This document shows, piece after piece, positions 11,801 through 24,664 of a stretch of 64,000 nucleotides of DNA. This DNA comes from Tricharina praecox. Taxonomy: Eukaryota. The stretch covers positions 372,001 through 436,000 of the forward strand of contig NW_026250424.1 of the NCBI RefSeq assembly GCF_024521635.1. The letters are read 5' to 3'. A model generated the notes under the pieces. The model ran no database searches and was not told the DNA's origin. It saw only the letters and a program-made list of their open reading frames with translations. A program made the position numbers and the translations under genes. Within the stretch, counting starts at the first letter, position 1, and every line of letters starts with the position of its first letter.

Positions 11801-14800
11801 TGGCCGATCTTGAGAGTTTCGCTTTTCGCTTTTCTTTTTCTGTTTTCCTTTTTTCCCTTTTTTCTTTTCTTTTCCGAAGATCTCGGATCCGCGCCCTCCC
11901 CGCGGCCTCGTAGCATGAAGTTTTTGCATGCCATGCGCTGACTGGGGTTCGACCGGAGGGAGCTCGCTAACCAACTTACAGCTTCATCACGGGGACTTTT
12001 GCGTGTACTCGGGTGTAAGGGTAAGTGCTGCCTCACCAGTTTTCCCCCCATACAGCTTAGCGTTTCCCCCTCATTCAACTTAGTCACAGCCCCTCACTCA
12101 TTTGAATGTATCTGGCTTAGTGCGCTCCTAATATAGACTAGTAGTGAACTTGCGCATATAATTCGTAATGGTGGTGAGGCACCACTTATTGGCAGCTCCT
12201 GGTACGCTGGGGAATGGATATGAGCTCCGTGAGCCTGGAGGGCCAATCGAGTCGCGTGCCGCGCGTGGGGGATATTATGGGGCTGCCTCACCACGGTACC
12301 GGTACGAGGTACTCTAGGTATGATACTTGGGTATCAACATACAACCGATGATTGCAGTAGGTACCTATAACTGGGTAAAAAGGTGGGGTAGTATTTATGT
12401 CGTCGACATACCGGTAACATCCACGCATGATCGATTGTTTCTACATAAGGGACGTAGAGTACGGTACATGATGGACGCACGCTTCGGCAGCGTTGTTCGC
12501 GTCTCCAAAGTACCGGTATCTCTCCAGTAATTCTGGCGATGTCCTCTACTCTACTATGCACACACTCGTTCTCCAATCCTTGATTCTTGTCTGCAGTTCC
12601 GGTAATGGACTCGGTACAGGACTCGGTACAGCACCCCCGTCGCCCTCGGCTCACCGCCTAGTCACGCAACAATACAATACGATAACCCATCACCCAAGCT
12701 CTATACCTTAGTACATCCCTCGACTCGCCTCTCCTTCGCCCTCGTTCACAGCTCATACATAGCCCACAGGCTTCCACCTAGGTTCCAGAAACGCGGCGAA
12801 ACATAACCGAGTGACACATTGTGACACATCATGTCTCACGAATCCCGCGCCTTCCAGAACACTCGTTTCCGGCTGGTGAGTAGCAGCCGAGAATGGCAGG
12901 ATAGGAGTTCTGCCCTGTCCGTGGTCTGCGGGGGGGGACGTGTAGTTGAACTTGCGCAGCTGGGAGTCTCCTTGCAATTTGCAAGGCTGCACCCACGTGC
13001 CACCAGGCGCGCTAGGCGCCTACGCCTCCTGTGCCGTATGCTGGAATATCAGGCTGGAGTCTGGAAGACGGCTCCACGTCCACGTGGATGATGGGAAACT
13101 TGTCGGCTCGGCTCCGTGAAACTAGGTCGGATCGAGTTGAGGCAAGTATTCATTATTGGTGACTCGGCCTTCGGCGGAATCATTGACCTCGGGAGCCGTA
13201 CGACATTTTTCCTAGTGTGCATTGGGCTAGGTATGATACCGTGGTGGTTGAGCACGTGTGTCTCTATGTAGAATCCAGATAACATCGAAACACTCTCCTC
13301 TCTTCTCTCCTCACGTCTCTTCTCTCCTCTCCTCTCCTCTCCTCACCACTCCTCTCCTCTCCAATCGCCCTACATAAATAGTCTGCCCGCTACCGTTCCG
13401 CTGGTGTTTGAGGCGCAGCACAATCACATCCGCAGGCCGCTCTAGAGTCTAGCGTGCTCCTGTCCAATCTTCAGTCGTGCTCTAGCTGTTTATTTGCCCC
13501 AGTTCCTTCGCCGTCTCCATCTCGCCCATCCCCCTTCGTGACAATTATTCCACGGCACGGGGGAGAAAGAGAATATCTTGCCACATTCGAACCGCAACAC
13601 CTTGCTTGCTCCTACCTTACTCTATACCCTGGCCACCCCCAGTGCCAACCCACCAACCCATTAACCCGCCTGTCAGCGAATCCCTGTGGCCGCATAAGTT
13701 ACCCAGGTCCCATCTCATCTCCTCGGAATTGTGGATACTATAATTACACAACTATACCCACCGTTTTGAATCTTTTGACTGAGCGTTGGCTGCTGTGCTA
13801 TGTTGCAAGGTGCAAGTTGCAACTTCCACCTTCTCCGTCCGCGTAGATATCCTGTCTGTCGCGGTTTGTGATAGAAATAATTTGTATGTAGAGAGTAGGC
13901 ACTGTGGACGAGAGCTCCCTCCCTGCCATCTTGATTCTCGATTCTCGATTCTCCCAGACAAAGTACGGCACGGTACTGGGTAGTAACTAACCGAGTATAA
14001 AAACATGTGATGCTCCGGGCCGCTGCTTTTGCCAATCAGTACTTGAACGTCCCGTACGGATCATCATCATCATCTCGGCGGTGTCTTACCTAGATGCTCG
14101 TGATCGGTATTTAGACGATCCCGAAGCCCCCCTTGTGCTAACCAGTAGTACACTTCCAATTCGACCCGGCCCCGGTGCCCACGTTGTGAACTTGTGATGT
14201 CCAAAATTACTGCAGCATTCCCGTCCAATCGGGATAACCACGGTCCACGGGCTCGCGGCTGGCTTGTGCGAATGGCCGTCGTCCACGCAGAGCGGGGTAC
14301 CTTCCTAGGCATTACCGAGATCGCGCGTGGGGTTCGGGTTCTCGGGGAGGGACATGACATGTGGTAGTGGGCTCTGCCGGCGGCATAGGTAGGGCGTAGG
14401 ACATCGATGGTGAAATATCCGAGCTGGAACAGGAACATGGGCGGCAGTGTCTTTGTACCTGTGTAGACGCTCAGCTCCTCCTCCTCCTCCTCCTCCTCCT
14501 CCTCGAAGTGCAACCGCAAGGTGACGCCGATGACGATCTTGGATGGAATTTGTAGATACCGTATTCGCTGCAGCCCGTCGACGGTACTCGGGTACTTCCT
14601 CGGGGTACATAGGCTTTGTGCTGGCAAGTTTCCGGCATGTCAAATGGTACTCTAGGTACTCTAGGCTCGTCACGACAAGCTCGCCAATAGTTAACTGGGG
14701 AGAGGTGGGTGCGGACGCTGCTGCTGCTGGTGTCGTGCACCTGTTGACGTAGCTAGAGGCGCAGCAGCAGCAGCTGGTCCACCAGTGGCAGACTGGCAGT

Positions 14801-15625
14801 TGCCATGGCTGTGATGGTGCAGACGACGTGCTGTAGACAAGTTTCTGTGCGAGCGAAGGCGGACAGAAGCAAGAAACACGAATGCCGCCCGCAAAGTTAT
14901 CGACAGCTCTAGACTCTAATAGAGCTTCGGAGGCTTTCTTTAACCCTAGCCGTCCCCCCCTCCCCAATCCCATTCTCCATTTACCTGCCAGGGCGCACTC
15001 TCCTCGCCTCTCCCTCGACATACTCCACACGTACTACTATATCATAGTATACAAACCATTTCCCCCCCAAAGCCCGCCGGCATTCGTCAGCTTCCATTTC
15101 CGGTCCCCCTTTCGATCGATTTCAGGGTCCCCCTGAAGTTGTATTACTTTCGACTTGACGCCTGCATACGGTAACTACCATACCGTACTACTCCATAGTA
15201 GATTTCCACCGAGACCCCACGGCACACTTCCAGAGCGCGAATCCACGTGAACGACCACCGCCCCCCGTTGGTCGATACAAATCCCCCGGGACTCGGGTCT
15301 GGACGCTTCCTGTCTTCCCCAACCGTTTATGTCCGCCTCAGACCGTCTTCCACACCACCACTACCACTGCAACTACCACCACCACCACCGGAATCTGCCA
15401 GTTTCGAGCTCTTGAGCGACATCACCGACTGCATTCACTGCACCCACTGCACCCACTGCACCTTCTGCACCAACAGCGCCGACATCTACGACAAACTTCG
15501 ACACCCAGCCACTCCTTCATTGCAAAGTCGCCCGGTCGATGGTTCATGTCATACACGTCTAATATATCCTCTTCCTCGCCGTCGCCACCGTTGCCGTCGT
15601 CGCCGTTATCGCCACCGTCAGCCTC

Positions 15626-17848
15626 ATGGAGTCGATAGTCTTCGCCAATTCGCCGCTCGCCGAATACCTCGAAGGTCCGTCTCCTTCACATTTCCTCCGT
15701 CGCGCGCAGGCCAGGATCTCGCAGACAGCTTACAGAATATTCACACTATCAGGGAGCGGCCAAAATGATGCGGACTGGGGAATTGAGCCGCTTGTGGACG
15801 AATCTTCGGACGAATCGGATTCTGCCACATGCTTTGCTCCGCCATCAAACGTGAGATCGAGGATCAGCTACAAGGGGTTGCGACCGTTGAGGATGAGTCA
15901 ATACGGCTCAGGCAGACAAGCCAGGTTCCTCGAGCTCTTCTCGGTATAACCTTCACCCGCTCCATCTGTCCGTTCTCCTGCTTCTCCCCCCCATTCCCTC
16001 CGGACATACCGTCCGGGCGCGGGGGCGCGCGGCGCGCGCATGGTGCATGATGAGACTAACGGTCAGCTGGTGCTCGAGCAGAGAACGGTCGATTCGCGTC
16101 TGGGCCGTAGCGAGAATGCCCGCTTCCTCGAGCGATTCCGTTACATCATCATAGCTTCGCAACTGCTGAACGGGCACGTCAATGTTTCACACTACGATCG
16201 AAGCCAGGAACATCTCTTCTCCGAAGACGATCACAAAGCGGCAATCTTCGGAATCCCCACAACCACGAGGGCGCGGTTTTGGGTTGGAAGTGGAGGGTTC
16301 GTGCTGGCGTCGTCGCTCGTGCTGTCGTGGATATTCCGCGGACACAGTGGCGATGGAGTCTTCAGCAAGGGACGGGCTGTGATTGCCGTCATAATAACCG
16401 TGGTCGTGGGCATTTTCTTGTTCACCCGCGCCAGAAGGAAGTGGCTGCGATCCTTGAGACTCAAGGCTGTGGAATTCGCGGCGGTCTTTGTGGAGAACAG
16501 CCAAACATTCGACACCTTGGCATCGAATGCCGTCACGTTGATTCAAGAAGTCGAGTTAGTGTCAAGGGGATACCGATTGTAAGCAAGGCAGACTGGCTTC
16601 CCACACACACGGGTTTTGGGGGGCGGCATACTAATCGATGCCTTAGAAGTCTTCCCCTACCGCCGATCACCCGCCTGGAACGTGACAATAAGACGAGGCG
16701 GTGTGCGAGACTGCGCAAGTCGGTGTTGTCAGCACTTAGCATGGCTATACCTCCCCACAACCGTGCATGCATCTCTCTTCGCCACCTCGTGCAGGAGATG
16801 GACTTGGAGAAGTACTACGACATGTACGATATCCAATTGGCCGATGTGGAGGAAGCGGAGCTCGGGTTCGAAAACAACGAAGACATGGGCGATCTGGAGA
16901 GTCTGAAGGCGCTCAAGACACTGCTCCACCGCCTGCATACGATCCGGAGGGTATTCCTCTGTTCCCTGCTGGCGATCGATGCCGACGGCGGATACTCGGA
17001 TTACACACGCTGGGGATTGGCTGTGGAGCAGCTGAGAAGTCTTGGAAATCTTATTGCAGAGCTTGCCGGAGAACTCAGGAAGATTCTGGCCGAGGAAGAA
17101 CGTGAGTAACATGCACGGTCGAACGGGGGTCTTTGCAGGGGGGAGGGAGGGGGTTCCATGCTGACGACATCTAGAATTCACCTCTCCCACGAGCCCAATT
17201 ACAAATACTCCGTTGTCACCGGAAAGCGAAAAGTGTCGAGGTCAGCTGAGAAAACTGAACTCGCTTTCGCAAGCTCTGCGAGGGCTGCAAGCAAAGATGC
17301 ACGTCCTCCGCGAAGAGTCGGATCGCACCCTTCAGGAATCTTCGGATCTGAGCGATTTCGGTCGGGACCTGCTCTCGCACTACGATTCCATCGGTGCCGA
17401 TCTCCGAGGTCTGGTCGATGAATGGGAGAACGCTCGGTCGTACCTTTCCATGAGTGTGGACAGGAACTCCCCCCGCAACTCCAGGTCGCCGGATTCAATC
17501 GACGGGACGACGTTGGTCGGAGATACACCGCGGAACTCGGGGCTCTTCGAGAAGGGCGGGAGCTGGGCTGATGCGGCGGGGCTGGGACTCTTTTCGCAGA
17601 CCGAAGAGAGCGAGCAAGAGCAGGACACGGAGGAAGTGTACGAAGCAATTGCCGAGCCGCCTTCGCGGCCGCGAAGCTTTATGACTCGCGATGAAAGAAT
17701 CAGGAAAGTCCAAGAGGAACGGACGAAAATGGCGGAGCGGAGAAAAACAATGGACACTACACAGGCGTTGCAGAGAGAGCTACAAGCTGTGCTGATCAAC
17801 CGACCCACGCCGAAACGACGATACACGGCCGGCCGGAATTACAGCTGA
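15626..17848 (+). CDS. vezA: Vezatin-family protein (myosin-binding/VezA-like, two TM helices, coiled-coil C-terminus)
   Basis: MESIVFANSPLAEYLEG start, FLERFRYIIIASQLL, two TM segments, LIQEVELVSRGYRLSLPLPPITRLE, QLRKLNSLSQALRGLQAKMHVLREE. Four introns (15675-15752, about 15944-16081, about 16579-16647, about 17102-17174). Confidence 0.85.
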
Positions 17849-19021
17849 GGGGACGAAAATGGACTGCCGGAGAGGGGGCTATGCCACTCGACGGAATGCC
17901 TTGACGATTTTCCTTGCGTTTTTTTATTTATTTATCCATTTCCTAAACTTTCTCAATTCGTCGTATTTCTCTTCATTTTAGGCGTCTTTTTTCTTTCTTT
18001 TTTCTTCGTTTCTTGAACTGCTAATTGCCCAAGCTCGATCGTGACCAGACTGATCTGGCCATACTTTACATACATTCGGACACTCGTTTTACTGTTGCTT
18101 TCCGCTTCGTTTCATTTCATTTGGTCTTCGGTTTGCGAAGCAGGCGTTTTTGGGGATCATACCATACCATACTACATGCAGTATACAGTTTGTTGCGCCC
18201 GTTTTTTTCTCTTTATTCCTTGTCTTGTCAATCGATACTTGGACTTGGACTTGGACTTGTACGCTGAACCCTTTTTGCCTTTCATATTTTTCTGCTTTTT
18301 GTGTTTAGGAGGATCTTTTTTTTTGTTTTTGCTGGGTGCTACCTACTCAGGTGGACGGGTCGGGATCGGGGTCGGCTGGGTGGGGTTGGTGGGGTGAGGC
18401 TGGTGGGGTGGGTGGGCTGGTGAGTCGGGTCGGGTCGGTTGGGTGAACAGTGACTGTGACGTGATATAGAATAATGAATGGACTGGCTCTCAGAGGGTGG
18501 GAAGGAGAGGGGGGGGGGAGAAGAGGGAAGATGGACGGGGAGGGATGGGAGTGTAAAAGATGTTTGAGGTGGAAGGGTTGCACATATGAAGCCAATATTG
18601 AGGACTGAAGTTGAGGACTGAAGTTGAGGGCTCGAAGTTAATGAATGAACTCAAAGGAAAATAAAGCATGAAGCGCACATGCAAATGGACTTTGATTGCC
18701 GTGATGATTGCCATAATGATTGAAGATATAGATGGGATATATGAGGGATATAAGGGATATATAAGGGATATAAGGGATATATACCCATAAGGGCTTGCGA
18801 GTGACGGAGGTGTATTCTGTGGGTATTCTGTGGGTTCCCTGATGCCGTAGCCTTCCTTCCTTCCATCCATCCATATTGCTGATACATGTACGCATATGGA
18901 CCGATACTGGTACTCATACTCGTCCATCATCCACGCCATCACCATTCACCATTGCTGATACATGCCCATATGTACTGGTACTCATACTCCCCACCCTCCC
19001 CACCACCACCACCACCCCCAA

Positions 19022-19322
19022 TCACCACTGCTGTTTAATATGCGGCCAAACCACCCGCTCCCACAAGATCCGCCCATAATTCCGCACCAAAAAGTACGTC
19101 AAAACTCCACACACCATCACAATGCCAAAGTCCTCCTTCTTTGCCTGGTCCCCAGGGCGGTCATCAGCACTCTTTACATCCCACATCTCACTCCCACAAG
19201 GTAAAAGGGGACTTACCGGCGCCCTCGGCAGCGGGACGATATACTTCTTGTATTTCTCCTTGTCCTCCTTCCTCTCCCTTCTTTCCCTCCGTCTCTGCCT
19301 CCTCTCCAACTTCCTCGCCGAC

Positions 19323-19353
<31 letters not shown>

Positions 19354-19861
19354 TAGAAACGCCCTCCGCCTCCGTCAGCGCGTACACACTGTACTCGTCC
19401 GAGTCTACGTAGGTACAGTACGCGGCGTAGTCGGGGTCCTCGGACTCGTCGTTGTAGGCGAAGTCCTCGTCGTCCTCGGAGGAGGTGGGGGGGGAGGGGG
19501 GGGAGGGGGGGGAGTTATAGTTGTAGTTGTTGTAGTTGTAGTTGTCGTTGTAGTTGTCGTCGTCGTCGTCGGTGGAGGTGGAGAGGGAGGAGGAGGAGGA
19601 GCCAGAGGAGGAGGAGGGGTAGTACCGCTCACCTCCGCCGCCGCCGCTGCCTCGGTCTTTTCTGTGGCTGCCTTTTGCGTAGCCGCCGCTGTTGTACTCG
19701 CCGCTGTTGTACTCGCCGCTGTTGTAGTCGGCTCGTTTACGGCCGCCTCCGCCGCCGCCTCCGCCGCCCTCACCGCCGCTTCTGAGTCGTGGCGACGAGG
19801 AGGAGGACGCGCTGTATAGCAGGAAGGCTTCGTAGTCGGGTGAGGGCGGGCGGCGGGGCAT
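19022..19861 (-). CDS. Hypothetical low-complexity protein with a C-terminal transmembrane helix
   Basis: 279-codon ORF with S/D/G/A runs and a basic coiled segment. It contains a canonical intron 19216-19145 (GTAAGT..GCTGAT..CAG) ahead of FGIVMVCGVLTYFLV. Confidence 0.65.
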
Positions 19862-21558
19862 GGTTGTGGTTTGTCGGGTGAGGTTGTGGGGGTTTATTGT
19901 GGAGGAAGAGCGGGAGTAGGAGCAGCGGGAAGAGCGGGAGGAGTATTAGGAGCGGGAAGAGCGGGAGCGGGGGAATGATGAGAAGGTGAAGGTGGTCGGC
20001 TGGAAAAGTACAGCACCAGTACAGCACATCACCAGCACAGTACGTATGCTTGGGCGGGGCCGCTATAATCTGCCAGTGCTGATTGGGGGGTTATGCTGGC
20101 CAATCGTGGGGTTACGCTGGCCAATCGTGGGGCTGGCCGCTGGCGGATCACGAGGGCGTTGGGTTGCATGTTGCATGTTGCGATTGCGATTGCGATTGAG
20201 ATTAAGGATATGGTATGGGGGGATCATGTGGGTGGGGGTGCGGATAGACGGTACGCACGTCCACCGACCAGACCGGAAGGATCGAAGGATCGAAGGATGG
20301 CAGCGGCGGCGGCGTCGTCGGGTAAAGTACTCTACGCCATGTCGAGACTCGAGCTCGAATGTCCTCTCCCAGAGCTCTAGGTGCCAGATCAGAGCTATGG
20401 AGTGAAGCTACAGCTATGTACAGCTCGGGCTCGTGCTCGGGCTCCTCAAAGTCCCCGTAGCTCGAGTCCCCCCCTTCCCTCCTTTCCGCCCAACCCCGCA
20501 GCCCGCTACTCTACGGCAACACCCTGCATCCCCCCCCTTCCCCGCCCCCGGTCCCCGCCCCCAGTCCCCGCCCCGCCCCCAGGCCGCTACGTACCCCAAC
20601 TAGCTCGGAATTCCTGCATGTCCCGCACTGAGCTGGATAGAAAAGAGTAGAGTATGGTAGGAAGATGGATCAGAAACCTCACTGGAATAGTTACCTAGCC
20701 GTCGGTGACCGCGCACGGCCGTGGAATGTGAGACGGTGGGCGGGGATGGGGCCAGCCAATAATGCCGCCGCTGTGCCGTCTTCGGGCTCGGGCTCGGGCT
20801 GGATGCCGGCCCGGGCCGCTTTGTGTTTGGGTATTGGATGATTGGCCACGCACGCTGGCTGGCTGGCTGGGTCCGGTAAAGAGGGTACATAGAGTACAGG
20901 TGTCGAGTACCTAAAGCGGCGGGCGTGAAGTCCTCCTGCGCAGTCCCCCCTTCGAGAAGGCGGGGCCGGAGCCGAAATGGTACATGATGATTAGTATGCT
21001 CGCGAGGCCGGTGTTGTTTTTTGGCTGACATCGGATTATCCGGCCACCGATCATCGATTCGGTTTAATCGATCTCAGACCGGGCCCGGATGATCGCGTCA
21101 TACGTGATCACCCACAGCTACTGCGAGCGAGAGAAAGAGGCGATCCCCCGTCATGTCATCGTCGATGCCAAACATCGGTCTGTTTGTCGTTTCTCCCAGA
21201 CTTCAAAATTGCTTATCTAATGAGAGCGCCTATTCGTCCGCGAGGAAACTAGATATTGCTGCTCTCGAGCTGTGAAATATGGAACTGCGAATTATCGACT
21301 CTCTCCCTCTCTCTCTCTCTCTTCCTCTCTCTCTCTCGCAATCGATCGACTGCTTGCGGTTGTGTCCCGATGCAATTGTGCAACAATGGCTAATGCATTC
21401 GTCGGCGTCGTCGCTGCGCTGCATTCCGCCATTGCGGCCGGTCACAGCTGAACGTCCGATTAATGCAAGCTCAAGAGCCTCCTCCGAGCTGTAACCAGCA
21501 ACGTCTCGCATTGATCGGAACAAGAAACCTTCCCTCCTCCTCCTTCTCTTCCTCGTCC

Positions 21559-21636
21559 TACTCCTCGTCCTACTCCTACTCCTACTCCTACACCTACTCC
21601 TACACCTACTCCTACACCTACTCCTACACCTACTCC
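21559..21636. repeat. (TACTCC/TACACC)n pyrimidine-rich hexamer array upstream of Sdc1
   Basis: Alternating TACTCC and TACACC units, read directly. Confidence 0.9.
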
Positions 21637-21755
21637 TCCTCACTGCCTTCTCCCCCCACCCCACCCCTCCCCCCACGCACACACAATTCCACAGCCCTCT
21701 CCTTCCTTCGTCCCCATAGACAAACACTCTCCACTCCCCCCACGTAAAAATAAAC

Positions 21756-22892
21756 ATGGATTCAAAGCCGACGATCACGAGCCCGGGAGCGACACCCACG
21801 CTCCCGCTCAATCCCACTAGAACCGCGTCCTCACCGATCCGCACACGAGTCGACATGTCCATGGACGCGCTAATGTCCACCACGACTTCGTCGCCGGCCG
21901 GTACCTCAATCACCACGACCACCTACTCCACCACGCCTCGCACCGCGATATCACTCCCGCCGCCGCCACCACCACCGTCTGCCAACTACCTTTACCTCCA
22001 GGGCCCCTACGGCTCTCCCCCGCAGCTCCCAAGTCTATACCAACACTTCCCGCCCCCACCACCCGGCGGCGGTGTCGGAGGACCCGGACCCCTGTCGCGG
22101 CAACACCCGGTGGACCTAAGACGCGCTTCTCTTCCCACTTCCTCTGCAGAATACCATCACCAATACCAGCAACACTACCACCAGCAGCAACAGCACTACC
22201 AGCAGCAACAGCACTACCACCACCAACCTCCGCCGCCGCAGAAGCCATCATCGCTACTTCCCCCCCTCTCGCGTCAGCAGATGGCGTTCCCGCCACCGCA
22301 GCAGCAACACCAATCGCCACCGTACCAGTACCAGTCGCCGCCGCCGCAGCCCCAATTCCCCATGGCGCAACAACAACAACAGCAGCAGAGTCCTCCCCCA
22401 CAGTCATACTCTCCCAGCCGCCAGCCGCCAGTATGTCCATATCCCACCATCCTCCTCCTACGCGTCCTTGACGCGCACGGCGCAAGCTAACCTCCATTCC
22501 AGTACCAGATGCAATACCAACAGGCCCCCGGCAAGCCGATACTGCAGCAATCACCACCGGTACAAACCCGCGCACCTCCGCCCCAGCAGCAGCAGCACGG
22601 CTACGCAGCGCACCCGTCGCCGCCGCAGCACGCCCCGATCTCGAAGCAGCCGTCGCCCGCGCCAGTCCCCGCCGTGGCTGCAAAGCAGATCCCGCCTGGT
22701 GGCGCGCCCGCAAGAAAGTTCCTGAACGAGAATGTCACGCCTGCCCTCCTGGAGGGAATGACCATGCTGGCACGTGAGCAGCCGAAAGAGCCCCTGCTGG
22801 CTCTGGCGAGGTTCCTGGAGGAGAAACATAAGGAACTGGCGAGTAACGATGATAAGGATGTTAAGATGGAGGATGCAAATGGTAGTGCGTAG
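21756..22892 (+). CDS. SDC1: COMPASS subunit Sdc1/Dpy-30 with a long P/Q-rich N-terminal region
   Basis: C-terminal Dpy-30 motif GGAPARKFLNENVTPALLEGMTMLAREQPKEPLLALARFL; intron 22431-22502. Confidence 0.85.
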
Positions 22893-23212
22893 GGGTGTTG
22901 TGGGCAGTGGATAGAGTTAGAGAAGGAAGTGGGATTTGGGTGCTCTTTGATTTGGCGTTCTGCAGAAGGGAAATACTGGAAATTTACACTTGAACAGGCA
23001 TATCCGGTAGTTTTACTCGGTCATCTGATCATTACTGGTGTGGTTTTTCTGGGCGGGCTTGTACGATAATACAGCAATGAGCGCGATACAATTTGAGGGT
23101 CACATTCGGGACAAATAATCGGTCACATTCAACGAGGACGGGATCACAGTCTTGATTGATTTCTCCAGAAACAGAACATTGTGAAAACTACTTTTTATTC
23201 CCCAACACCTAA

Positions 23213-24093
23213 TTAAGCAACAAGGGCAGAGGCAGTGGCGGACTCGCTGTGGGAAGCAGAGCATTAGCATCGCAAATATCGTCAACCGGGGGGAAAGAGG
23301 TGGGAAAACGTACAACTTCCAGGTGGGAGGAAGAACGCCGACCGACTTGTAGTAGCGGGACAGACGGTGGATACGCGACTCAATGAGAATAAGACGGAAC
23401 TTGGAGTCCTTGTCCTTGCGGTTGCGCTCGAGGTGCTTGCGGACTGCAACGGCCTAACACGAAAAGTTAATATCTTCGCTTTCGTCCCCTCATACGCAGG
23501 CAAGAACGGAACGCACCTTCTTGATCAACATGTAGAGATCCTCAGGAATCTCGGGTGCAAGGCCTTATCGAATAAAAATCTCTCTGTCAGTCTATGAAAC
23601 CAAGCAGAGGCATAACTGGTATGTTCGCTCATGGTCCGGCGCGGCGGTGGACCACGGCTCGAGTGGTGGAGGTAGAGGTGGAGTAGCTACCCTGTCCCTT
23701 CAAGATACGGAGGATCTTGTTTCCTATTCTTCTGTCAGCTTCGAGCACGATTTGATTCCTGGAGCGCAGGAGGAGGAGTAGCAGGCTGCATACCGGTGAC
23801 AACCTTGACCTGGGCGATTCCGTGCGAGTCACGAAGTTCAACACCGATCTGCGAGGGCGTGGAACCCTTGCGCGCCAGACGGCAGATCTTCTCGGTGATC
23901 TGGTCGGGGGTGGTCTTGAGCCTGCGGGGTCGAGCGCGTCAATATCTCTTTCTTCCCACTCATCGCGCTTCATCCGTCGAGCGCGTCTCCTGGGTGGGCG
24001 GGGGGTAGAGTATCCGTACCAGCTCGGGGGAATACGCGAGTAGGGGATGGCGGAAGCCGAGATACCCTTTCCGTTGGAGTGAAGACGACCCAT
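23213..24093 (-). CDS. RPS13: 40S ribosomal protein S13 (uS15), 6 exons
   Basis: [95 protein letters not shown]. Confidence 0.98.
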
Positions 24094-24262
24094 TGCGACT
24101 GATTTGCTGGTTTTCGGTGGTGTTGGAGGTGTCGGGGAGGGGTTCCGTAGTTTGTCGAGTCGGTTGTCGTGGGCTTCTAGCTGGCTGGCTGGTCACTTTT
24201 GGCGATACTTTGCCCAGTAGTGTGTGTGGATGCGCGGGGTGAACGGTTTGTGTGTGCGCGGA

Positions 24263-24357
24263 AGGGTTTGCCCTAACTTTTCGTGCAAGTCATGCAACTA
24301 GCGGCTGAGGAGGAAGAGCCGCACTGGACCCTAGGAAGAGCCGCACCGACTAACCCT
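24263..24357. promoter_or_regulatory. Putative bidirectional RP/snoRNA promoter with Tbf1/telobox-like sites
   Basis: GCCCTAA 24270-24276, ACCCTAG about 24328, TAACCCT 24351-24357 and a 14-bp direct repeat AGGAAGAGCCGCAC (24311, 24333), lying between RPS13 and the snoRNA host. Confidence 0.5.
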
Positions 24358-24560
24358 CCCGCCAGAGGTTTTCGCCGCCCCAGCTACGTTAAAGCGCAGA
24401 AAAGTCTCTGCACTGCAAAACATCGCGTCCCCCCGACCACACAATTGATGCGGCATCACCAACCCCGCCGACGCCCGCGCCCGTGAACAAACAGTACGTC
24501 CTCTCTCTTCCCCCATCTCCCACACCCCCATACCCTTCCCCTTCCCCTTCCCCGCCCTGA

Positions 24561-24664
24561 ATGATGATCCATTGCATATTTTGGCACCTCTTAACAGAGC
24601 TCCAACAAACGTTCTGTAGCCCTCGGGCTGCAGAACTGGAGCGAAGATTATACCGGACTTCTGA
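24561..24664 (+). ncRNA. Box C/D snoRNA, snR48-like guide for LSU rRNA Gm2791 (yeast numbering)
   Basis: Box C ATGATGA 24561-24567; guide TTTTGGCACCTCT 24579-24591 complementary to the conserved LSU sequence AGAGGUGCCAGAA; D' CAGA 24595-24598; internal hairpin; C'-like CGAAGA 24642-24647; box D CTGA 24661-24664. Confidence 0.8.

Noticed and set aside
23586..23632. Possible snoRNA in an RPS13 intron (CCAGTTATGCCT resembles the snR38 guide)
   Set aside because: Mismatch within the guide, no good box C, and the CTGA is better explained as the intron branch site.
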